Virus record (IMG/VR): IMGVR_UViG_3300025648_000013
DNA from: a virus
Length of the DNA: 64,000 nucleotides
Strand: one strand, 5' to 3'
Numbering within the stretch: the stretch's first letter is position 1; every line of letters begins with the position of its first letter. Shown in pieces: positions 10,483 through 20,268 of the stretch. Made by a program: the position numbers and the translations under genes. Under the pieces are notes generated by a model. That model did not search any database. It was not told where the DNA came from and saw nothing but the letters and a program-made list of their open reading frames with translations.

Positions 10483-11175
10483 ATGATTACATATACGCCC
10501 TATACATATCTAATAGGATGGTCTAAACAAGACAGATGGTACTATGGTGTTCGCTACGCCAGAGGATGTCATCCAAATGAACTTTGGATTAAATATTTTA
10601 CTTCTTCTAAGCATGTGAAGAAGTTTAGAATAGAACACGGCGAACCCGATGTTATTCAGATCAGAAAAATCTTCGATTCAAAAGAATCTGCTGGCATATG
10701 GGAACACCGTGTCATAAGAAGAATGAATATGGTGAAATCCAATAGATGGCTAAACAAATCTGACACTAAAATACATGACAGAACTGGATGTAATCATAGT
10801 GTTGAAACAAAAGAAAAACTGTCTATCAAAAGAAGACAGAGAGAATCTAGTGGAATGCTTGGACACAAGCACTCAGATGAAACTAAAAGACAATATAGTT
10901 TAGTTAGAAGTTCTGCTATGCGGAATAAAACTAAACAAGAACGTAATGATATGCTTAATGCGGCAAGATCAAAGGTTCAAGAGATGATTATTCCAGGCAA
11001 AGGATTACCTTGGCAGGATAAAGTGAATAAGAACCCAGATAAGATTCGAAAGTCTACTCTTTCAAATACTGGAAAGAAAAGGACTCCAGAACAAAAACAA
11101 AGAATGAGTGAAGCAAGAAAGCTTTATTTAATGAAAAGGAAAGAAATAATGACAACTGAAATGGAGAATAAATAA
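10483..11175 (+). mobile_element. free-standing GIY-YIG (Seg-like) endonuclease (HE2)
   Basis: YTPYTYLIGW..YYGVR..YFTSS..WE..WLN; NUMOD3-like HSxETK repeats. Confidence 0.85.
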
Positions 11176-12137
11176 TGGACGTCCGTGTACCTATTGAAGA
11201 ACTACGTAAGAGGAAGCTTTTTGTAAGTACTCCAATGTATGGTGGTGCATGTGCAGGCATGTTCTGTCGTTCGACTAATGATCTATCAGCACTAGCCGTA
11301 CATTATGGTGTTGAAGTCAAGTACTACTATCTGTTCAACGAATCACTTATCACTCGCGCTCGTAACTACTGCGTTGATGAGTTCCTTCGGTCAGACTGCA
11401 CACACTTGATGTTCATCGACTCAGATATCGGCTTCAACTCGAATGATGTTATGACTATGCTTGCTCTAATGAGTGACGAGTCAGAGTATGACATCCTTTG
11501 TGGTCCATATCCTAAGAAGTGTATCTCATGGGAAAAGATCAAGATGGCTGTTGATAAAGGCTTTGCAGATCAAGATCCAGGCATTCTAGAAAAGTTTGTT
11601 GGTGATTATGTTTTCAATCCTGCGAACGGCAAGAACGAAATCAAGATTGCTGAACCAGCCGAAGTTCTAGAATCTGGCACTGGCTTCATGATGATCAAGC
11701 GATCAGCGCTACAGAAGATGACAGAAGCATATCCACATCTAATGTATCGCCCAGACCACGTTCGTACCGCAGCGTTCGATGGCTCACGCGAAATCCCTTG
11801 CTTGTTTGATGCTCTCATTGATAACAAGCACGCCCGTATTGGCGAAGAAATCCGTGAGTACTATAAGAAGAATCCTAAGGCTACACAGGAACAAGTCATT
11901 GCGTTCGTTGATGATACTAAGCATTCTGCTTTCGGTCATGAATACTCAAATCGTTACTTGTCAGAAGATTATATGTTCTGTCAGTGGGCTCGTCATGCTG
12001 GTCTAAAGGTATGGCTTGCTCCTTGGATCCAACTACAGCATGTTGGTTCATACGTGTTTGGTGGTTCACTCGCTGATCTAGCAGCCGTTGGTGCTGCTGC
12101 TACTGCTGACCCATCAAAGTTGGGCAAAAAGTCTTGA
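11175..12137 (+). CDS. GT-A/GT2-like glycosyltransferase
   Basis: TPMYGG, ESLITRARN, FIDSDIGF, GTGFMMIKR, LSEDYMFC. Confidence 0.75.
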   Translation: MDVRVPIEELRKRKLFVSTPMYGGACAGMFCRSTNDLSALAVHYGVEVKYYYLFNESLITRARNYCVDEFLRSDCTHLMFIDSDIGFNSNDVMTMLALMSDESEYDILCGPYPKKCISWEKIKMAVDKGFADQDPGILEKFVGDYVFNPANGKNEIKIAEPAEVLESGTGFMMIKRSALQKMTEAYPHLMYRPDHVRTAAFDGSREIPCLFDALIDNKHARIGEEIREYYKKNPKATQEQVIAFVDDTKHSAFGHEYSNRYLSEDYMFCQWARHAGLKVWLAPWIQLQHVGSYVFGGSLADLAAVGAAATADPSKLGKKS

Positions 12138-12212
12138 TTTAATCCCTGCTGTTTGTTATAACGGTGTTTCCAGAGTGATCTTTGGAAACACCACATTGAA
12201 AAGGATGATACT

Positions 12213-12869
12213 ATGAAGCTAAGTGAAAATACCCTTACTATCCTCAAGAACTTTTCGTCAATCAATCATGGTATTCTGTTTCGCTCGGGTAACATGATTC
12301 GCACTATCTCACCACAAAAGACTGTGATGGCGAGTGCAGAAGTTCAAGAGACGTTCGACCGCGACTTTGCAATCTATGATCTATCAAAGTTTCTCGGCGC
12401 CCTAATGCTGTTCGATCAGCCAGAAATCCACTTTGGCGAAACACAGGCTACTATTGCCTCAGATAAGCGTAAGCTAGTATACACCTACGCTGATCCATCA
12501 ACGTTTGTGACTTCGCCTGCAAAGGATCTAAACTTTCCTGCTGCTGAAATCAATCTCAACATCACACAGGAAGACCTTACTAAGGTTCAAAAGGCTGCTG
12601 GTGTTCTTGGTCTTCCAGAAACAATCATTTCTGGTGACGGCGAAAACATCTATCTATCGGCTGATGATAGCAGAAATCCAACCAACGACAAGTATAGCAT
12701 TATCGTAGGTACTACTGATCTTGTATTCAAGGCTATCTTTAAGAACGAAAACATCAAGCTTCTACCTAATGACTATGACGTTTCAATCTCTAAGGCAGGT
12801 ATCTCAAAGTTTACTGCTCCTAGCATCACATACTTCATTGCGACAGAGAAAGATTCGACCTTCAACTGA
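12213..12869 (+). CDS. 45: gp45 sliding clamp
   Basis: MKLSENTLTILKNFSSIN..FAIYDLSKFL. Confidence 0.95.
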   Translation: MKLSENTLTILKNFSSINHGILFRSGNMIRTISPQKTVMASAEVQETFDRDFAIYDLSKFLGALMLFDQPEIHFGETQATIASDKRKLVYTYADPSTFVTSPAKDLNFPAAEINLNITQEDLTKVQKAAGVLGLPETIISGDGENIYLSADDSRNPTNDKYSIIVGTTDLVFKAIFKNENIKLLPNDYDVSISKAGISKFTAPSITYFIATEKDSTFN

Positions 12870-12915
12870 CATTGATACTATGTTTTAACTGATGTTACAT
12901 TGAAAGGTTTATATT

Positions 12916-13854
12916 ATGCTGACTGATTATTTGTGGTGCGAAAAGTATCGCCCAAAGTCGATTGAAGATTGTATTCTTCCTGCTGATCTAAAGACAACAT
13001 TCCAACAGTTTGTTGATCAAAAGAACATTCCAAATCTACTGCTCACAGGTGGTCCTGGTGTAGGCAAGACCACCGTTGCTCGTGCGATGCTAGAGCAACT
13101 AGACTGTGATTATATCATCATCAATGGTTCATTGAATGCTGGTATTGATGTCCTGCGAAATGAAATCACTGGCTTTGCATCGTCTGTTTCGTTCAAGGGT
13201 GGTCGTAAATACGTCATCATTGACGAAGCAGACTATCTGTCCGCTGACAAAGTGCAGCCAGCGTTTCGTAACTTCATGGAAGAGTTTAGCCGTAACTGTG
13301 GTTTCATTCTGACATGTAACTTTAAGAATCGGCTTATCGCGCCTCTACATTCTCGGTGTTCTGTTGTCGAGTTCAACATCGCCAAGAAAGATAAGCCTGT
13401 TCTTGCGGTTCAGTTTATGAAACGTATCTCTGGCATTCTAGATGCAGAGGGTGTTACGTATGAAAAGCCTGTAATCGCTGAGTTGATCAATCGTCACTTC
13501 CCAGATTGGAGGAGAGTTCTAAATGAGCTTCAAAGGCATTCCGCGACAGGCAATATCGACAAGAGTATTCTTGGTGGTGATTCTAGTGGTAACTATGCTC
13601 CACTACTTGTCGCACTAAAAGAAAAGAACTTTAGCGCTGCTCGTAGATGGGTAGGTGAAAATCAGGACATTGATAGTTCGACTTTGTTTCGTGATCTGTA
13701 TGACAACATTTCGGATATCGTCAAAGACAATTCTGTTGGTCAGTTGATTCTACATCTAGCCGAGTTTCAGTATAAGGCAGCATTTGTCGCCGATCAGGAA
13801 ATCAACACCGCCGCGTTCGTACTATCGATCATGGCAGATTGCGATTTCAAATGA
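12916..13854 (+). CDS. 44: gp44 clamp loader ATPase
   Basis: WCEKYRP, GPGVGKTT, IDEAD, HSRC. Confidence 0.96.
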   Translation: MLTDYLWCEKYRPKSIEDCILPADLKTTFQQFVDQKNIPNLLLTGGPGVGKTTVARAMLEQLDCDYIIINGSLNAGIDVLRNEITGFASSVSFKGGRKYVIIDEADYLSADKVQPAFRNFMEEFSRNCGFILTCNFKNRLIAPLHSRCSVVEFNIAKKDKPVLAVQFMKRISGILDAEGVTYEKPVIAELINRHFPDWRRVLNELQRHSATGNIDKSILGGDSSGNYAPLLVALKEKNFSAARRWVGENQDIDSSTLFRDLYDNISDIVKDNSVGQLILHLAEFQYKAAFVADQEINTAAFVLSIMADCDFK

Positions 13855-14381
13855 CCAGTGTATTCGATGTAATGAATCTTGCCAGTGATGTTGTAGAAGT
13901 AGAAGAAGAGGACTTTAGAACTAAAACGATCTACAGCCCATTTGACTTCATTGACAGCATCAATACACATAAGAACCTATTCAACGGACCACACGATCCA
14001 GCGCAAGTGGAGAAAGAGTACAATCCTTGGATTGTCAATCGCGGGCTATCTTTGTTTCAAGATACCGCAACATTAGCAAACATTGTTAATCAATACTATC
14101 ACCTTGACAAGAAACTTCAATACGATTTTTTACTAAATACTGTTAGACCAAAGTTTCGGAAGTCGAAATGGCCTAAGAAAGAAAAGGATGCCGATTTAGA
14201 CATTATCAAAGAAGCATTCGGTTACTCAGATCGAAAGGCTGAAGTTGCTTTGTCTATATTGTCATCCGAACAGGTAAAAACGATAAAGAAAAGATTAAGT
14301 AAGGGTGGCACAAATGAAACTGACAGTAGAGGCTCTAGTAGAGGTAACCCTAAAAGAGCCAGACGATTTCTTAAAGATTAA
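13851..14381 (+). CDS. 62: gp62 clamp loader subunit
   Basis: SPFDFI..YNPWIVNRGLS..QYDFLLN..KGG. Confidence 0.9.
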   Translation: MTSVFDVMNLASDVVEVEEEDFRTKTIYSPFDFIDSINTHKNLFNGPHDPAQVEKEYNPWIVNRGLSLFQDTATLANIVNQYYHLDKKLQYDFLLNTVRPKFRKSKWPKKEKDADLDIIKEAFGYSDRKAEVALSILSSEQVKTIKKRLSKGGTNETDSRGSSRGNPKRARRFLKD

Positions 14382-14709
14382 AGAAACGTTGACTCGTATT
14401 GGGATCGCTTCACGCAAGGACAAGATCCTGTATCAGTCCTGTCATATTCTGCATAAACAGAAGAAATACTATATTGTTCACTTTAAAGAGTTGTTCGCTC
14501 TTGATGGCAAACCAACTGATTTCTCGGATACAGATGAAGGTCGTAGAAACACAATCATCAATCTTTTGTCAGAGTGGGGTTTACTCACTATTGTTGAACC
14601 AAAGAAAACAGAAGAACCAATCACTCCACTAAATCAAATCAAGATTTTGTCATACAAAGAAAAGCATGATTGGAATATGGTTGCGAAATACAACATAGGA
14701 CGGTCCTAA
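14314..14709 (+). CDS. regA: RegA translational repressor
   Basis: DFLKIKETLTRIGIA..LYQSCHILHK..YYIVHFKELF. Confidence 0.97.
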   Translation: MKLTVEALVEVTLKEPDDFLKIKETLTRIGIASRKDKILYQSCHILHKQKKYYIVHFKELFALDGKPTDFSDTDEGRRNTIINLLSEWGLLTIVEPKKTEEPITPLNQIKILSYKEKHDWNMVAKYNIGRS

Positions 14710-14722
14710 GGACGTAAATGAA

Positions 14723-15349
14723 CTATATGAATGTGGCTCCAAAGGACTTCAACTTATAGACTGAGATGCCCGTTGACCTGGACGCACTTTTCATACTGTA
14801 ATATCTAACTCCCGCATACAACACCTCCCTAGAGTTAGATAATCCTAGTTTAGACACTCTTTCTAGTTGACTAGAAGTAAAGGTTCTCTTGAGATTAGAT
14901 CGACCAGTGTGCCATTCTTTAGGAATATGATCATACTGGTCGATTCTTTTGTTCTCATTACCATTAGTGATCCATATCTTCTTACACATCGCCGTTGATC
15001 TTTTGTTGTTTGCGATGGGAGTATGTGATGCTGCTAACATATATCTGTCGTTTATTACGGATCTATTGTCTGTCTTGTTCAGCCATGTGTCTTTAGTAGA
15101 CACATTCATTCTACGCAAAACTTTATGTTCCCAATCTAATGCTTGGATGCGATCAGAAAATGTTCTTCTAATCAAAATCACATCGGGTTCACCATTTTCT
15201 TCACGAAACATCTTGACATACTTGGATGATGTGTAGTATGATGTCCATAGATCGTTCGGATGACAACCTTTCGCAAAGCGAACACCATAGTACCATTTGT
15301 TGAGTTTAGACCAACCAATGAGATATGTATAGGGCGTATAAGTAGTCAT
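14723..15349 (-). mobile_element. free-standing GIY-YIG endonuclease (HE3, same N-domain family as HE2)
   Basis: YTPYTYLIGW..YYGVR..TSS; WITNG and C-terminal HTH-like segments. Confidence 0.85.
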
Positions 15350-15420
15350 GCTGGAATCTCCCAAGTTTCTAGAGTAGATGGGTTTCTTGGTCGTCACCGC
15401 GATCTACATTAGTATTTATA
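15350..15420 (-). promoter_or_regulatory. late promoter plus two-hairpin endonuclease leader, copy 3
   Basis: TATAAATA..GTAGAT-CGC-GGT-loop-ACC-C-ATCTAC-TCTA-GAAACTTGGGAGATTC-CAGC-ATG. Confidence 0.8.
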
Positions 15421-15448
15421 TAAAGACAAACTTTCAGGATGATACATT

Positions 15449-15622
15449 ATGCAACCATGGGAACCAGTATGGACACCTACACCGAAGCTACCACCCTTCA
15501 TATGGGAGTGGGTTGTATTTGGTGATCCTAATGCAATCGTGTTAAAGTTTAGAGAAGAGAAATCCTGGTGGTTCAGAATGAAGACCAGGATTCTTCTCGG
15601 CAGTAAGTGGAAACGTTTATAA
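15449..15622 (+). CDS. 57-aa Trp-rich hypothetical protein
   Basis: MQPWEPVWTP..; AGGA SD; below the ORF-track cutoff. Confidence 0.5.
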   Translation: MQPWEPVWTPTPKLPPFIWEWVVFGDPNAIVLKFREEKSWWFRMKTRILLGSKWKRL

Positions 15623-15685
15623 ATAACTCGTCTATGCCAAATGGGTAGACATTACATCAACTCTCGCTTAAATAGGAGAACTAAT
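15618..15685 (+). promoter_or_regulatory. late promoter and ROSE-like RNA thermometer of hsp20
   Basis: TATAAATA; hairpin GTCTAT..GTAGAC; TCTCGCT-TAAAT-AGGAGA pairs the SD with a bulged G. Confidence 0.65.
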
Positions 15686-16231
15686 ATGGCTAACACTTTT
15701 TACGGCTCAAGCTTTGCTTTTACCCCAGAAATAGATAAGTTTTTTGTTGGATTTGATCCTCTAGTACAGAAACTAGCATCAGCGGCAGAGCAGACAGCAA
15801 AGCTTTCTACGAACTATCCACCATACAACATCAAAAAGATTGATGGAAACAAGTATGTCATTGAAGTGGCAGTTGCGGGGTTCGCGCGCGAAGACATTGA
15901 CGTTGAACTCTCTGATGGTAAACTAACTATTAAGGGTAATGTCAAGTCGGGTGAACCTGCTGAAAAAGACTCAAAAGGCGAATGGACTTGGCCACTATTT
16001 CTACATCAAGGATTGGCAATGCGTCCATTTACGCGCCAGTTCACACTTGCTGATCATGTTGAAATCACTGGCGCAGAACTTCTAAATGGGATTCTTCGCG
16101 TTGGTTTGGAGTATGTCATTCCAGAACATAAGAAACCGAAGAAGATTGACATTCAAGACAAACATGATATCCATACAACAAAAAAATCTTCTTCTACCGC
16201 AGAATATCTGGCTGAAAGAGAAAGAAAATAA
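15686..16231 (+). CDS. hsp20: small heat-shock protein Hsp20 (IbpA-like)
   Basis: NYPPYNI..IEVAVAGF..FTRQFTLA..A.LLNGIL..IPEHKKP. Confidence 0.95.
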   Translation: MANTFYGSSFAFTPEIDKFFVGFDPLVQKLASAAEQTAKLSTNYPPYNIKKIDGNKYVIEVAVAGFAREDIDVELSDGKLTIKGNVKSGEPAEKDSKGEWTWPLFLHQGLAMRPFTRQFTLADHVEITGAELLNGILRVGLEYVIPEHKKPKKIDIQDKHDIHTTKKSSSTAEYLAERERK

Positions 16232-16327
16232 ATGCTAGAAAAATACATCGTCCCTGTATCAAGAGTTGCAGGGTTTACCATTGCAGGTCTATGTTTGATC
16301 ACTATGTATAATCTTCTTGCACTATAA
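16232..16327 (+). CDS. 31-aa membrane peptide
   Basis: MLEKYIVPVSRVAGFTIAGLCLITMYNLLAL; starts directly after the hsp20 stop. Confidence 0.5.
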   Translation: MLEKYIVPVSRVAGFTIAGLCLITMYNLLAL

Positions 16328-16338
16328 GGAGATTGTCT

Positions 16339-16380
16339 ATGTGGCCTTATACTGAGGACGAATGGGATTATCTAGGATAA
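16339..16380 (+). CDS. 13-aa peptide MWPYTEDEWDYLG
   Basis: Strong AAGGAG SD at optimal spacing. Confidence 0.5.
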   Translation: MWPYTEDEWDYLG

Positions 16381-16436
16381 TCTATAAATAGAGAGGGGCA
16401 TATTGTCCCTCTCTTTTTGTTTCAAGGACTATAGCG

Positions 16437-16919
16437 ATGAGTTTCTACACAGATGTAATCCAAAAGAGCCCATTGTTTCATACAACAAACATGGTAAACT
16501 CTTTAGACTTGTTATTCCCAGCGTTCAAAGCCAAAGTCGAAGCACTTATGGCAGAATCTGCTGCTGCTGGTCAACCACTAAAAGTTCTAGAGACATATCG
16601 CTCAAATGAACGTCAGTTGCAGCTATTCAATCAACATGCAACCAAACTGAAGAATGTTGGTGTGCATCATTATGGGCTGGCTTGCGATATCGTAAAGCTG
16701 ATCAACGGTCAACCTTCGTTTGAGGGAGACTATACGTTTCTTTGCAGACTAGCAACAAAGCACGGTCTTATCTCTGGTGCAGATTGGGGCTCTCCTAAAG
16801 CAGTACATACATTCAAGGACATGGATCATGTCCAGTTTGTTTCTGTAAAAGATCAAAACAAACTCTTCAATGGTTCATGGTACCCAGATGCCAACTATGA
16901 TCCTTATCAAAATCTATAA
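16437..16919 (+). CDS. M15-family peptidase (endolysin-like)
   Basis: ETYRS..RQ, HHYGLACD, DMDHVQ; late promoter at 16384. Confidence 0.85.
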   Translation: MSFYTDVIQKSPLFHTTNMVNSLDLLFPAFKAKVEALMAESAAAGQPLKVLETYRSNERQLQLFNQHATKLKNVGVHHYGLACDIVKLINGQPSFEGDYTFLCRLATKHGLISGADWGSPKAVHTFKDMDHVQFVSVKDQNKLFNGSWYPDANYDPYQNL

Positions 16920-16922
16920 GGA

Positions 16923-17672
16923 ATGTCAATGCACAAGTTTGGTCACTTTCTAAGAGAAGATATCTCTCTTACGTTTCAGTATCATGATGAGTTGAATCCT
17001 CTTATCTGGGATGGTGATGAACTAAAGCAGAACATCAAAGAACGTCTTCTATTGATTGGTAGAATGTTTGCTGTGTTTGCCAATATTCCAGAAGATGCTA
17101 TCAAAGACATCGTGTTCACTGGTGGCAATGCAAACTATAACTATACACCACATTCCGATCTAGACGTTCATCTACTGATCAACATTCCAAAGATTCCAGG
17201 TATCAACCGCGTGTATCTTGATGATTATCTTTATGATAAGAAACTGTTATGGGGATACAAACATCCATCGCTGACTGTCATGGGATATCCTGTTGAACTA
17301 TATGCGCAGAGTTATAGAGAGAAGTTGGTGTCACCTAAAGCAAATCGTGGTGTCTACTCTCTAATGCAAGACAAGTGGCTGTTCAAGCCAAGAAAAGAGA
17401 AGCCAGGTGACTTTCACAATGACACAGGCTTTAAGAATAGACTTGAACATCTAATCAAACAGATCGAAGATGTTCTCACAAAGACTGGTGACCATAGCGA
17501 AGACATTAAGCGCCTCAAGATCAAGATCCGCAATATGAGAACTGCCGGCATCCATAAAGCAGGCGAGTTGTCAACAGAGAATCTTCTGTTCAAAGAACTT
17601 AGAAATAAAGGATTTATATCTAAACTAAACGACTATATACAACAAGCCGAAGATTCTAGTCTGTCTTTATAA
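16923..17672 (+). CDS. Pol-beta-superfamily nucleotidyltransferase-like protein; last ~26 codons supplied by the HE4 element
   Basis: TGGNANYNY..SDLDVH, VELY. Confidence 0.7.
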   Translation: MSMHKFGHFLREDISLTFQYHDELNPLIWDGDELKQNIKERLLLIGRMFAVFANIPEDAIKDIVFTGGNANYNYTPHSDLDVHLLINIPKIPGINRVYLDDYLYDKKLLWGYKHPSLTVMGYPVELYAQSYREKLVSPKANRGVYSLMQDKWLFKPRKEKPGDFHNDTGFKNRLEHLIKQIEDVLTKTGDHSEDIKRLKIKIRNMRTAGIHKAGELSTENLLFKELRNKGFISKLNDYIQQAEDSSLSL

Positions 17673-18414
17673 TTTTTGGTATCAGTTTACTGTTTACTCC
17701 ACAGAAACGATCTTTATTTGCATAAAAGACATCTTTCTTGATACGAACCATTTTGTTTTCGTGTAAATCGTATGCAGTTATTCTGTCTTTTTGATTGTCT
17801 GACATTTTTTTCTTTGATTCGTCTGTGTGGATTTTTCCTAATTTTGCCTGTCTACATTTTTCCCGATGTTCGATCGATAATGTTTTACCTATACGAGATT
17901 TCAACTGTTCTTGCGTTAGTTTTCTTCCTTTTAATTTCTCAGAATGTTCTGGTCTCTTTTTTCCATACCAATAATGAAGTTCTCCCTTTTGACATTCGGA
18001 CATTTTGCATCTAGTTTCTTCTGTTATATTTTTTTTACTTTTAGATATTTTTTCTTTACATTCTTTAGACCGTTTGCTTCCATAATTTGGAGATAAATTT
18101 CCCTTTTTGCCAAACATAGGATGATTGTTTCCCGATGTTTGGCCAGTTGATGCATCTTCCATTATAAGATTTGCCCAGTTTGTAGATTCAACAATGTTGT
18201 TTTCTTTTGAGAATTTAAGTGCAAATTCTGTAGCAAGCTTTTGGCAATCAAATCCAAAAATTTCGACCGTTTTAGGATGTCCTTTGTGCTTTGTTATATG
18301 TCTTAGCCACAACTTTCCAGATCCTTTATATCTAAAAGGATCTTTCTTTTCTGTTTTGCCAAAATATTTAAGACCACAATGGTTACATTGTTTAATATAA
18401 AGATAAATAGTCAT
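17656..18414 (-). mobile_element. free-standing GIY-YIG endonuclease with NUMOD3 repeats (HE4)
   Basis: IYLYIKQCNHCGLKYFGKT..YKGSG..WAN; NHPMFGK repeats. Confidence 0.85.
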
Positions 18415-18479
18415 GCTGGAATCTCCTAAGTTTCTAGAGTCAGTAGGATGGCACTCCGTGACTGACACTTTTATTTATA
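18415..18479 (-). promoter_or_regulatory. late promoter plus two-hairpin endonuclease leader, copy 4
   Basis: TATAAATA..GTCAGT-CAC-GGA-GTGCCA-TCC-T-ACTGAC-TCTA-GAAACTTAGGAGATTC-CAGC-ATG. Confidence 0.8.
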
Positions 18480-18484
18480 AAAAC

Positions 18485-18568
18485 GAAGAACTTCGTAATA
18501 TGGGCTACATTGATAAGCTAAACGAATATCTGATAAAAACGCAAGATCGACATTTATCTGTTTACTAA
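18485..18568 (+). pseudogene. displaced original 3' end of the 16923 nucleotidyltransferase gene
   Basis: EELRNMGYIDKLNEYLIKTQDRHLSVY* is colinear with KELRNKGFISKLNDYIQQAEDSSLSL*. Confidence 0.85.
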
Positions 18569-18623
18569 TCTCTCGCTTTGGTGTAAGATGAGCCATTGAG
18601 AGATTCTAAACAGTTGAGGTGAT

Positions 18624-20108
18624 ATGGATTATTATACAAACACATTCATGCAACGCGGCAAGATGTATGTACGCGGCATTCAAAACGGCAAACAAGTAAA
18701 GCAAGTTGTCAACTATAAGCCATATCTGTTTATTCCTACAACAGAACGTACGAAGTATAAAAACATCCATGGTTCTCCTGTGGGTAAGATCGACTTCGAT
18801 TCGGTTGATGATGCAAAAGAGTTTCAGAAAAAATATGAAAACATCGATGGAATGCCAATCTATGGCATGACTCATTTCATCTATCCATTCATGTATGACA
18901 CATTTCCAGGTGAAATCAAGTACGATCCTTCTGCAATCTCTGTTGTCAGTCTTGATATCGAAACTGTGGTTGGCGATGTAGATATTGCTACTGCCATTCA
19001 AACAACTCCAAATGAAGTGACTGCTATTACCATTTCGCGCAATGGTAAGAAAGCGGTGTTTGGTTGTGGAGATTATACACCACACGAAGACAACATCATC
19101 TACTACAAATGCAAAAATGAATACCAACTGTTTCAGAAGTTTCTAGATATCTGGAACTCCTATGATTATAGCCCAGATGTGCTGACTGGTTGGAACGTAG
19201 AGTTTTTTGACGTTCCCTATCTTGTTGGTCGCATTCGGATGGTTCTAGGAGAAGATGCTGCGAAGCGTCTTAGCCCATGGCAAATGCTTCGCGAGTATGA
19301 TGTTGAAATCAAGGGACGTAAGATGACATCATACTACATGATGGGCATCACTGTACTTGACTGGATGGCACTTTACAAGAAGTTTACATACACATCACAG
19401 GAATCCTATCGTTTGGATCATATTGCCAAGATCGAACTTGGTGATCAGAAGCTAGACTATAAATCACAAGGTTACACAAGTCTACAAGATTTGTATGAAA
19501 GAAACTTTCAGCTTTACGTTGAATACAACATCCATGACGTTCATATCGTTGATCGGCTAGAAGATAAGATGAAACTGATTGAACTGGTGTTTGCTATTGC
19601 TTATGACGCAAAGGTAAACTATCAGGATACACTAGCATCTGTGCGCCAGTGGGACGTAATCATCCACAACTATCTGATGCAACGAAATATCGTTGTAGAC
19701 AATCAGAAGAAATCTGGTCGTAGTGATGATAGTCTTGTTGGTGGTTATGTTAAAGATCCAAAAACAGGTATGCATCGTTGGATGGTTTCATTCGACCTTA
19801 ACTCTCTGTACCCACATTTGATTCAACAATACAACATCTCACCCGAGACGTTTGTTGAAAAGATGTGGGACTTCTTAAGCATCGATCAACTGTTGAGAGT
19901 TAGAGACACTGGGTTGCAAGGCTCTGAATACTCTTATGCAGCCAATGGTTGTGTATATCGCAAAGACAAGCAGGGCTTTCTTGGTGCTATCATGGCCAAG
20001 ATGTATGATGATCGTGTTATCTATAAGAAGCAGATGATCAAAAATAAAAAACTTCTAGAACAAATTGATTCTGAATTAAAATCAAGAAATCTACTACATA
20101 TGAACTAA
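18624..20108 (+). CDS. 43: DNA polymerase B, gp43A (exonuclease and palm motif A)
   Basis: DIET, GWNVEFFDVPY, SFDLNSLYP; ends inside the fingers domain. Confidence 0.95.
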   Translation: MDYYTNTFMQRGKMYVRGIQNGKQVKQVVNYKPYLFIPTTERTKYKNIHGSPVGKIDFDSVDDAKEFQKKYENIDGMPIYGMTHFIYPFMYDTFPGEIKYDPSAISVVSLDIETVVGDVDIATAIQTTPNEVTAITISRNGKKAVFGCGDYTPHEDNIIYYKCKNEYQLFQKFLDIWNSYDYSPDVLTGWNVEFFDVPYLVGRIRMVLGEDAAKRLSPWQMLREYDVEIKGRKMTSYYMMGITVLDWMALYKKFTYTSQESYRLDHIAKIELGDQKLDYKSQGYTSLQDLYERNFQLYVEYNIHDVHIVDRLEDKMKLIELVFAIAYDAKVNYQDTLASVRQWDVIIHNYLMQRNIVVDNQKKSGRSDDSLVGGYVKDPKTGMHRWMVSFDLNSLYPHLIQQYNISPETFVEKMWDFLSIDQLLRVRDTGLQGSEYSYAANGCVYRKDKQGFLGAIMAKMYDDRVIYKKQMIKNKKLLEQIDSELKSRNLLHMN

Positions 20109-20266
20109 CTTCGCCTGAAGGTGAGATATTCATTACAAATATATTGACAAATTTCTGTGAACAATATAAATTGGCATTTACAACACTATGGATAAACTCT
20201 GAAACTGGTCGAATTCCAGTTAAAGGTAGAAACAAAGGTTGGAAGTGTATTAAAATTAAGGATTAA
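20084..20266 (+). pseudogene. C-terminal relic of a homing endonuclease between the gp43 halves
   Basis: Start-less frame KKSTTYELTSPEGEIFITNILTNFCEQYKL..KGRNKGWKCIKIKD*. Confidence 0.65.
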
Positions 20267-20268
20267 AT

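Noticed and set aside
14300-14381. gp62 extension overlapping regA by 68 nt
   Set aside because: Probably simple stop-codon loss after KGG, with no further signal.
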